A DNA stretch of 24,227 bases from a virus (taxonomy: Duplodnaviria; Caudoviricetes). The translations under genes were made by a program, and so were the position numbers. The notes beneath the pieces are model-generated. The model was not told where the DNA came from. It did no database searches and saw only the letters and a program-made list of their open reading frames with translations. This document shows, in pieces, positions 10,002 to 19,011 of the stretch. The DNA lies in IMG/VR virus record IMGVR_UViG_3300032290_001595, positions 1 through 24,227 of that record; one strand, written 5' to 3'. Within the stretch, counting starts at the first letter, position 1. Each line of letters starts with the position of its first letter.

Positions 10002-13000
10002 TTAAATTGTATTTAAAAGTTTTAAAGAATTTTGAAATACTCTCACTTGAACATCTACATTTGGTATTGGAGTAAATGTAAGTTGAGTTGTTCCTCCAGA
10101 AATTGTCGCGCCAAAAACACCAATACTAGATCCAGTCTGCAAAACTCCAAATTGAGATAAAAATGCAGTTTCTCCGTCATCAGATAAAGCAATTTCCGAT
10201 ACTTCATGTTGATTATTTGTAGTATCCTCTATGCTAACAATATAATACGCACCAGAATATTTATTTGAATATTCACATACAACATTTGCTGTTGGAGATG
10301 CACTCGACCCAATTAATGTTAATTTAGATTCCAAATTTGCTGAATCTAAACTTGTTGTTCCTATTCCAATAGATGAAGTATTAGCTATTGAAATCTGAAT
10401 AGTATCAATATAATAACCAACTTCTAGTTCTGTATTAGGTATAAGATCAATTTTTAATTGCGATCCAGATATGTAAGCATTGTATGTTCCTATTCCAATA
10501 CTTCCCACCGAATCTAAAATATCTGTAGACAATTGACCATATTCTAATAATTCTACATTAGATCCATCATGTAAAACAGTCAATTCATCATATTCAAAAT
10601 ATGATTTATCCATTGCTGCATATTGAACTAAAATTTTAGATGTTCTATATGTTGAAGCAATTCCAACTATTGTTGTAGATCCATATCCTATTGGTAGTAT
10701 AGTGCTATTGCTAGAAATCTTTACGGTATCTCCTAAATTTATTGTTCCAATACCAGAAACATTTTCCATCATATCATAGGAAAGAATGTTTATTGTATAA
10801 TCATTGGTTTCAAATTTAGTTGGATAGAACAAAAACTCTCCGGTAGAAAAATAAGTGTTAAACTCAAAAGATCCAAGATCTCCTACTGTTTCAACCCTAC
10901 CATATTGATTTAAAAATCCAAAAATATCATTATGGATTATTGTTACAATAAGAATTTGTCTTTCTTCTGTGAATTTTCTATCCATAACATAACTTATATA
11001 TTTTTTGGATCTTGCAGAATTTAAATCGAAAGAATCTATTAAACTATATGATGTAGATCTTGGTTCATCATCAAACTGACTAGTAATATCATCAATGATT
11101 AATACTCTATTACCAACAGACTCAAAATAATCTTGCAATGTTACATTTTCTAATATTATTTCGTTAGAAATAATATTAGAGTTTATAGAAAGAGTTATTT
11201 CATTTGCGAGATCAAAATCATTGTAACAATTTAGACCGATTACATTTGTATAATCAATGATAATAGACGCATCTCCAAAATTTTGTTCCGTTGATATTCC
11301 AGAAAGTTCATTTGATTCTATAATTAAATTAGAAAATTTCTTAAATCCAACTGTATGATTTAATGCATTTACGGGATCTTTCCAATCCTCATATGGTACT
11401 TTTGATTTTATATCATATGAAAAATATTGATAATAATCGCTGTCGTGCAATCTTTGAAAATTATTATTTAAAAATCCAGATTCTAGTTTCCATCCTTTTC
11501 TTACAATTGAGGAATTAGATACCTCATAAGACTCATCATAATCATAATTTGATAAAGAATATTCAATAATGGCTTTAGAATTTGAAGAGGATCCTACAAT
11601 TGTGTCTCTGTTTTTAAAAATTCCAGATGATGTTAAAGACAATATTTCATTAGACGAATCCCATGAATTAACTATTCCACTAGAAATTGAACTATATATT
11701 AATTCATCAATAAAAAACTGATTTTTCTTTAAAGATATGTCAAATATTGGAAAGAATTTTTGTGGCGTTATTCTTCCGGCAGAATATACTGAAGAAAATG
11801 TACCAGGTTCTTCTCCAGATTCTAAGTAATTTTCAAGACTATAAGTTACTGTTCCATTTGCACCGCCAATATTTGGATCTACTGAAGTCAATGTAAATAA
11901 AGCATAACCATAAGAAGATGAGTTATATCCCTTTGGTATACTTGATACACCATCATCTACTGTATTATTAGTAACAGAGGTGTTCTCAATAAGAACTTTA
12001 TCTCCAATTGCAAATGGATAATCAGAAATAAAACTATAACTTACTCCAAGACCTACAGTAACTTCTTTGGTAGTACTATTAAATGTAATAGAATTGATAC
12101 TAATTCCATTTGAATTATTTGTTGGAATAATTCTAGGAGTTACATTACTAATACCTTGTGTATTTTTAAGAATAGTAACTTCTTTGTCGCCAAGTTCATA
12201 ATCTAAATCGATATCACTAACAACATTGTTTGTAATTCCATCAAGCACAATTAAATTTGGAGCAATATTATAGTTTTTACCCAAAGAAGAAATTTCTATT
12301 TTTTCAAAAGAATAAAGTGATGATAATTTTAAAATTTTAGGTGTTTTAGCAGTTGGGCGTAATGTTTTATCTGCAGAGTATTCAAAACCAATATCTTGAA
12401 TTTCAGTTGTAATTACATTTCCAATATCGGAACTAAATGGTTCTAATACTGCTCCATATCCATTTATTGATAAAACTGTTGTAATTCCTGGAAGATTTTT
12501 ATACTCATTTCCTTTATATGTGATATTGATATTTGCAATTTCACCAAAAGCGGTTAGAGAATCTGTTGTATATGAAATAGTTGATTCGGAAGAACCATAA
12601 GATAATTTTTCTGGTTTTTTCTCTAAATTATATTTGAAAGTATAAGTACTAATTCCAGATACTCTGTGATTTCCACTGTAAATACTGTTTTCTATTAAAA
12701 TTGAATTATTACCTAAAACATTTTCGGAATCAGAAATAATTTCCAGTTTTGTTTGATCATTTTCATCATAGTTTATTGGTTCTAGTTTATAGTACAGTGT
12801 TTTTGGAACAGAATCACTTAACCTAAGAGTTACTGTTGCATTAGTATCAATACCGACCTTTCCTACTCGCGTAATATGATACGAGTTAGTATCAATTTTA
12901 GAATTAAAAATATTATTAAATAACGAATCTATATAAAAATTAAATTTAAAAGCAGAATAATCTGTAGAATTTCTACTATAAGACAAAGAATTATCGGATA

Positions 13001-16000
13001 AATCAAAAATAATATTTTGATTTTTTTTCAAAGTAATTTGAGGATTTACTAAAGATATAAATCCAGAAGAAGCACTGGTAATATTAACACATATTGGGTT
13101 ATCTAAAATAGAGTTATAATATGTCTCAGATAGTTTAAACTTATCATTATCAATCTTTACGATAAAATAAATCTCATTAATCTTTAGTCCTCCAGATGCA
13201 GTTGATGCAGTGTGAATAACTTTTTGTCCTGTAGTAAACCCATGTTGTGTTATATTGATAGTATCTTTTGTGGTATCAACATCACCGGATGAGAAAGATT
13301 TAGGATTTATAACTAATCTTCTATGATAATCATTATATTGAATTCTATAATTTGTGGATATTCCAGATAAACAAGATATCGAAACATTATCTCCAACATC
13401 TAATCCATGAGATGATGCTGTTGAAACAGTAACTAGATTTTTATTTACTTGACCAGTAATTACATTTTCATAATTTGTAGTAAAACTATGAATTTCACCA
13501 GATCCAATGTTAGTGAAATAGAGAATACTAGTATTAATAGAACTGTTAATACCGACAAAGGATCCTGTAGATCCAAGACCTACTTTATAAGTTGCAATTC
13601 CAATTAAATCATTATTAATTTTAGCCGCATAAACAACTTGATTATTTGTAAGTTGGAATGAAGAAGATCCAGAAGTAGAAACTGATATTGGAGTTCCTCC
13701 ATTGGAAGAATATATCAGTTCATCACCTGTTATTAAATTATGATTTGGTAAATATATTGATTTTGTTGGTATAAAAAGTGACGTAATTCCAGTTCCTGGA
13801 TTTGAAAATGATAATGTCACTCCAATACCAATTCCAAATGATGTTCCAATCCCAACAGATTCCTTAGGGTCAAAATATAATTGTCTATTAAGATTGTAAT
13901 AAAGTTGATTTGATTTTATTTTAGAGTTAAAATAAAATTTTCTAGGATTATCAGTAAGAATAGATGATGCTGTGTGTGAAGATCCTACAGATCCTTCTTG
14001 CTCTCTTATAACTCTTATTCTAGAGGATTGAGAATCTATATTTAAAACTTTAACTTTTTCTGAATTAATTTGTAAAATATCATTCTCTCTAATTGTGGGA
14101 TATGTTAATTTACCAACAACATCAAAATAAGTAACAATTCCAGTTACTGCAGGTGTGTCAATATCAGTAAGAAGAATAAAGAATTCTGATCTTACACCAA
14201 TATTATTATGAATTCCATTTAAATTAGATGCAAAAGTATTAAGTCCTACTATAGATATTGTATCTAAATTTAATAGATTATGAGGAGAACTTGCAAACCC
14301 AACAAAAGAATTTCCACCAAGCGCAGGAAAAAATTCAACGTTATCAATAGATATACTTTCACACGTAATTTGGTCTACATTTTTTCCTTTTACTAATCCT
14401 ACTTTAGCAGATGCTCCTTGACCACCAGAATTATTATTATTAAAAATAACTCTATCTTTAACTTGATAGTTAAATCCTCCACTCTTAATTCCAATATTGT
14501 CAATATTTCCAGATTTAACTTTTTTAACTAAAGAATATTGATTTTTTATTTTGTTTGGGTCAATAACAAAATCATATCCACTATTTTTATTAATTAAATT
14601 ATAAGGTGTAGTATTTCTGAAAAATGTAGTCTGATTCAAATCAATATCATCTTGATTTGAGGACGATAGAATATTATATTCATTAGGTTTTGATTTAAAT
14701 TTGTCTCCAATAAAATAAGGAAAAACTGGTCTTCTAAAATTATAAAATTTTGAATATATATCAGCATCTATAACGTAATCAATAGTTGCAAAATACGCAT
14801 AAATGCCATTAGGAAAATCTGGCGTTATGCAAAATCTTCCATTGTACTCATCAAGATCACCTTTTCCTTGATAATCATAATCTTCTATAAAAAATCCTAA
14901 TCCATAGAGTGAAATAGGTGGTCTATTTTCTTTCAATACCTTAGAATATCCAGACTCCAATAATTTTATTTCTTCACCAGTTACGGATTCATAACCGTAT
15001 GGACCATAAATTGGATTTCCATCATATGACCATCCTATAATAGGAGAATGTGAATTTGATAGTGTTTCTTTATTGGCAGAATCTTTAATTAAATCTGGAG
15101 AATATATCTGTTGTCCATTTCTAATTTTTTTAGAGTAAACGATCTGTCTTAGTTTTCTTGGTGCGTAAAGGTGTGTATATTGTAGTCCATAATCGGAATT
15201 AATGCCTTTATCAATAAATCCATCGTCATCAGTAATTTGATTTGAATTAATATTTCTTTCAACTAAATTAATTGTCCATTTAGTTACATCAGACTTGAAA
15301 TCTACACCAGAACCAGCAGAAACTACCTTAATAGATGTTTTTTTCGATTCATATCCAATTCCACCATAAATTACTTTTACTTCAGATAAAGAACCATTAG
15401 AAATAATTGGTGTTAGAACTGCATTAGATCCGGGTCCAGAAATTATAAAGGATGGTGGTGAGTTATATCCAAACCCAGATTTTATAACTAAAACTTCTGT
15501 TATTTTTCCATTTGAAATAATTGGTAATACCTCAGCACCTTGCCCATTCTGAATAGTAACTGATGGTTGTCTGTTAAAATTAATAATTTCTGAAGATCCA
15601 TATCCAACACCATTATCTTCTAAGTATATGGATTTAATTTCTCCTCTTACTACTGGTTGTAAAATGGCATTAAAGTTTTGATTTGTTCTTGTTGAAATTC
15701 CAATTATACCGTCTACAGACAGTTTAATTGGCAGATGATTAAAACTATGATATCCAGTACCAATAGAAGTAAAATCTACATATTGTTTTGTTTTAAAGTA
15801 AAAATCTGAAAGAGTAGAAATTCCTACTATTGCAGATCCAATACCAATAGTAGTTGAAGTTCCAACTACAGATAACTTAAAAGAATCTTCATCAACAGAT
15901 GTTACATAATATGATTTTTCAGTAGACAACCCACCTACTATTGAACCTGTGGTAGAATAATTAATAATATCTCCAGTTTTATACCTATGATTTTTTGCAA

Positions 16001-19000
16001 TAATGGTATTTGAAAACGTGTTGATACCCGATGATGTTACTGAAATTTTTCTATTTCTATATCCAGATCCTTTATCCTGAAGAATAATGGAAGAAATCTT
16101 TTTCTTTAAATTGAAAGATAAAATTCTTTGAGATCCTACTCCATAGGAAGACAAATTTATTGTATTAATTCCAGAAAGTGCATCATCATAATTTTCATGT
16201 AATTTTATGTTTAATGAATCTTTAACAAATGCATAGTAAACAGAATCTGTTGACAAACCACCTATTACTTGTTGTCCGTCTGGTTTGTATATTATTTTTT
16301 CACCATCTCTAAATTTATGATATGAAGAAAATCCTATTATATTATTTGTTAAATCTACTTGTCCAGATGCGCTAAAAGAAACATGATGCTCAAAGTTAAA
16401 AAGTTGAGCATTTGCTTTAGCGCCGAATCCATTTCCACCAGTTATTGTAATAACCGGATCTGTTATATAGTCAAATCCACCATCAACAATTCTAATTTCT
16501 TCAAATTGACCTTCAACTTCGCAATATCCAGTAGCACCAGATCCTACAGGATCTGAAATCGAAAGAACGGGTGGATTTATAATATCATAATTCGAACCAC
16601 CAGATACAACATCAATTTTCTCTAGTTGTCCATAAAAAATTGTATCTTTTGATTTATAGTTTAAAACTTCAACTCCATTCACTAAAATTCCAATTGGACC
16701 TGGAGAAGTTTCTTGTGGATTTTCGACGCTTTCTGGTAAAGAAATATTTCTTATTAACTTTTGATTATCTAATGTTTTATTGGCAAAATCATTTAAAACT
16801 ATTATGTTATTTGATACTGTGCAATCAAAAGAAATAAATTTCTGATAGTAAATATTATTTCTACTTCTTGATAATTTTATAGAGTACTCATTGATTCTTT
16901 TTACATAATATATTCCTCTTTGAATTCCCAAAGTATTTGAAGGTGACTGTGGAGTGTAATAAACAGCATCTCCAGTATAAAATCCATGTTCACCTACATT
17001 AATAGTAGTTCCTTCATCTAAATTTAAATCATTATCAGGAGTTAAAGTTCCAGAAATAATTGAAATATTATTTTTGATATTTAACTGTTGATTCAAATAA
17101 CTAGGTAAAGATGATGAAGTTACATAAAATGATCCTTTTGAGTCTTGATAAGTATTTTGAACATCTGTACTAAATTTACTGGATTCCGGAAAATTTAAAG
17201 CATTTGTTTTTTCTATTACTTTTTGAATTTTATAATTTTTAGATTCATCTATTTGACCTTGACCGGTAATTATAAATGATTTTTTATTTAAAATTGCAGA
17301 AATAGAAGAAATTACCTCAGTACTATCAGTAAAAAACAATTTTACTTTATTTCCTAAAACAAAATTATTTTCATCAATAGTAGATACTTGATACGAATAA
17401 TTTGATCTATCAACAAGATTTATTGTATCAATATTATAATGTGTTGCAATATTGAAAATCCAATTATTTGCTTTAATCTCGTCAAAATATTTTCCGAGAG
17501 TTTGTACTTCTATTTTTTCGTTTTCTTTATAAAATTTTGTATTTGGATCAATTTTGAGATCAGAAAGAACTCCAGTAACTCTAAGTTTAACTACATTTCC
17601 TGTTCCAATCCCAGAATATCCATACGCATATGAATTAATTCTTAAATTTTGACCTGCTTCTAAATCTTGATCAATTCCAGAACATCCATAAAATTGAGTA
17701 TATGATTTTGAAGAATAATCAATAGTTACAGAAGTTCCATTATCAAGATCGGCAATTAATGTTCCAGAATTTGGAAATCCTACTGTAGAGTCAACATCGA
17801 TAGTTGTTTCTCCAATTGTAACTGATGTAATTAACTTTGTTTGTGAATGAATTGAAAAATTTCCAAATAGTGAACCTTCTACATTAATGTCTTTATTGTA
17901 ATCAAAATCCAGACTAATTACATAATATTCACTATTATTTCTTATAATTTTTTCAACACCACTAATTGATGCATATGCTTTTGGAAAATTATCATCTTCA
18001 TCTTGATATAAAGTTCTATTAATTAAATCTAATGGATCACCTTCAAGTGCTTTAACTACTAAATCTTTAGAAATACGATATTGTGCATTTGAAGGAATAA
18101 AAAGATAATCACTAGGTTTAATTACTTGTACATCTTCTCCATATAAAGATCTAAAAAGAATTTCAAATGACTGATCTGTTCCCTTTGATGTATAAAAATC
18201 TTTTGATTGTTTAATGAATAAATTTTCATTTAAGTTGGAATAAAAACTTCTATCTTCAAATCCTGGAACAAATTGTCTTTTAACTTTTTTATAGAATTCT
18301 TTCAAAAAAAGAACACTTAAATTTTGTACTAAAGATTCACTTAAATGCTCTTCAGATGTTGATTCTGTAAATACTAATTGATCCGGTTTTGTTTGACTTT
18401 TATAAGAAGTGACTCCACTAAATCCTCTTATACAACCAGTAAATTGTGGGTTGTCTATTGTAAATTTATATGTATCATCTTCAGAATATCCATCTAGAGG
18501 ATCATTACTCTTTATTGGAGTCTCTGAAAGAATAATAAAAGTAGGATATACCGAGACTATGGTTGGAACTATTTTTACGTTATCAATATTAAAGGGTCTA
18601 TTTTGGTATTCTTCTCCAATTCCAGAAACATGTGCAATTGTAGATCCTATGGAAATTTGACAAGATCTAGAAATTAAATTTTGTTCTTTTCCTGTATAAG
18701 TAATAACCTCTGATCCAATTTGCAATAATCCATAAGATTCCGGAAATCCAGATGTTGAATAAACACTAATAGTATTGTCACTAAAACTAATGTCTGCTGT
18801 TAAAGTGGTAGACTCTGTAAGATTTGTAAGTTGTTCTAATTTTATGTACTGGTCAATATTTTGCAGAATATCCAGTACTCCGCCTTTAGATTCTAAAGAT
18901 GTATAATACTGAGATAAAAATTCCTTTACAAGAGGAAATTCTTCTCTAATAAAACTAGGAAGTTGGTTTTCAATAATTGAACTAATCTTAACTCTAGTAT

Positions 19001-19007
19001 CTACCAT
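10002..19007 (-). CDS. gp7: Baseplate wedge initiator gp7-like giant structural protein (N-terminal and main part)
   Basis: 3001 aa. The N-terminus (IIENQLPSFIREEFP...FLSQYY; IKQSKDFYTSKGTDQSFEILFRSLYGEDV) and LHDSDYYQYFSYDIKSKVPYEDWKDPVNALNHTVGFKKF match motifs of cyanophage gp7-annotated proteins. It starts 4 nt after the gp6 stop. Confidence 0.8.
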   Translation of the reverse strand: MVDTRVKISSIIENQLPSFIREEFPLVKEFLSQYYTSLESKGGVLDILQNIDQYIKLEQLTNLTESTTLTADISFSDNTISVYSTSGFPESYGLLQIGSEVITYTGKEQNLISRSCQISIGSTIAHVSGIGEEYQNRPFNIDNVKIVPTIVSVYPTFIILSETPIKSNDPLDGYSEDDTYKFTIDNPQFTGCIRGFSGVTSYKSQTKPDQLVFTESTSEEHLSESLVQNLSVLFLKEFYKKVKRQFVPGFEDRSFYSNLNENLFIKQSKDFYTSKGTDQSFEILFRSLYGEDVQVIKPSDYLFIPSNAQYRISKDLVVKALEGDPLDLINRTLYQDEDDNFPKAYASISGVEKIIRNNSEYYVISLDFDYNKDINVEGSLFGNFSIHSQTKLITSVTIGETTIDVDSTVGFPNSGTLIADLDNGTSVTIDYSSKSYTQFYGCSGIDQDLEAGQNLRINSYAYGYSGIGTGNVVKLRVTGVLSDLKIDPNTKFYKENEKIEVQTLGKYFDEIKANNWIFNIATHYNIDTINLVDRSNYSYQVSTIDENNFVLGNKVKLFFTDSTEVISSISAILNKKSFIITGQGQIDESKNYKIQKVIEKTNALNFPESSKFSTDVQNTYQDSKGSFYVTSSSLPSYLNQQLNIKNNISIISGTLTPDNDLNLDEGTTINVGEHGFYTGDAVYYTPQSPSNTLGIQRGIYYVKRINEYSIKLSRSRNNIYYQKFISFDCTVSNNIIVLNDFANKTLDNQKLIRNISLPESVENPQETSPGPIGILVNGVEVLNYKSKDTIFYGQLEKIDVVSGGSNYDIINPPVLSISDPVGSGATGYCEVEGQFEEIRIVDGGFDYITDPVITITGGNGFGAKANAQLFNFEHHVSFSASGQVDLTNNIIGFSSYHKFRDGEKIIYKPDGQQVIGGLSTDSVYYAFVKDSLNIKLHENYDDALSGINTINLSSYGVGSQRILSFNLKKKISSIILQDKGSGYRNRKISVTSSGINTFSNTIIAKNHRYKTGDIINYSTTGSIVGGLSTEKSYYVTSVDEDSFKLSVVGTSTTIGIGSAIVGISTLSDFYFKTKQYVDFTSIGTGYHSFNHLPIKLSVDGIIGISTRTNQNFNAILQPVVRGEIKSIYLEDNGVGYGSSEIINFNRQPSVTIQNGQGAEVLPIISNGKITEVLVIKSGFGYNSPPSFIISGPGSNAVLTPIISNGSLSEVKVIYGGIGYESKKTSIKVVSAGSGVDFKSDVTKWTINLVERNINSNQITDDDGFIDKGINSDYGLQYTHLYAPRKLRQIVYSKKIRNGQQIYSPDLIKDSANKETLSNSHSPIIGWSYDGNPIYGPYGYESVTGEEIKLLESGYSKVLKENRPPISLYGLGFFIEDYDYQGKGDLDEYNGRFCITPDFPNGIYAYFATIDYVIDADIYSKFYNFRRPVFPYFIGDKFKSKPNEYNILSSSNQDDIDLNQTTFFRNTTPYNLINKNSGYDFVIDPNKIKNQYSLVKKVKSGNIDNIGIKSGGFNYQVKDRVIFNNNNSGGQGASAKVGLVKGKNVDQITCESISIDNVEFFPALGGNSFVGFASSPHNLLNLDTISIVGLNTFASNLNGIHNNIGVRSEFFILLTDIDTPAVTGIVTYFDVVGKLTYPTIRENDILQINSEKVKVLNIDSQSSRIRVIREQEGSVGSSHTASSILTDNPRKFYFNSKIKSNQLYYNLNRQLYFDPKESVGIGTSFGIGIGVTLSFSNPGTGITSLFIPTKSIYLPNHNLITGDELIYSSNGGTPISVSTSGSSSFQLTNNQVVYAAKINNDLIGIATYKVGLGSTGSFVGINSSINTSILYFTNIGSGEIHSFTTNYENVITGQVNKNLVTVSTASSHGLDVGDNVSISCLSGISTNYRIQYNDYHRRLVINPKSFSSGDVDTTKDTINITQHGFTTGQKVIHTASTASGGLKINEIYFIVKIDNDKFKLSETYYNSILDNPICVNITSASSGFISLVNPQITLKKNQNIIFDLSDNSLSYSRNSTDYSAFKFNFYIDSLFNNIFNSKIDTNSYHITRVGKVGIDTNATVTLRLSDSVPKTLYYKLEPINYDENDQTKLEIISDSENVLGNNSILIENSIYSGNHRVSGISTYTFKYNLEKKPEKLSYGSSESTISYTTDSLTAFGEIANINITYKGNEYKNLPGITTVLSINGYGAVLEPFSSDIGNVITTEIQDIGFEYSADKTLRPTAKTPKILKLSSLYSFEKIEISSLGKNYNIAPNLIVLDGITNNVVSDIDLDYELGDKEVTILKNTQGISNVTPRIIPTNNSNGISINSITFNSTTKEVTVGLGVSYSFISDYPFAIGDKVLIENTSVTNNTVDDGVSSIPKGYNSSSYGYALFTLTSVDPNIGGANGTVTYSLENYLESGEEPGTFSSVYSAGRITPQKFFPIFDISLKKNQFFIDELIYSSISSGIVNSWDSSNEILSLTSSGIFKNRDTIVGSSSNSKAIIEYSLSNYDYDESYEVSNSSIVRKGWKLESGFLNNNFQRLHDSDYYQYFSYDIKSKVPYEDWKDPVNALNHTVGFKKFSNLIIESNELSGISTEQNFGDASIIIDYTNVIGLNCYNDFDLANEITLSINSNIISNEIILENVTLQDYFESVGNRVLIIDDITSQFDDEPRSTSYSLIDSFDLNSARSKKYISYVMDRKFTEERQILIVTIIHNDIFGFLNQYGRVETVGDLGSFEFNTYFSTGEFLFYPTKFETNDYTINILSYDMMENVSGIGTINLGDTVKISSNSTILPIGYGSTTIVGIASTYRTSKILVQYAAMDKSYFEYDELTVLHDGSNVELLEYGQLSTDILDSVGSIGIGTYNAYISGSQLKIDLIPNTELEVGYYIDTIQISIANTSSIGIGTTSLDSANLESKLTLIGSSASPTANVVCEYSNKYSGAYYIVSIEDTTNNQHEVSEIALSDDGETAFLSQFGVLQTGSSIGVFGATISGGTTQLTFTPIPNVDVQVRVFQNSLKLLNTI

Positions 19008-19011
19008 TTTT

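Noticed and set aside
9976-10004. Simple programmed frameshift, stop readthrough, or single-base sequencing error joining the two gp7-like ORFs
   Set aside because: The two open frames do not overlap: the upstream frame stops at 10002-10004 (and again at 9981-9983) and the downstream frame is closed at 9997-9999. At least two events would be required.
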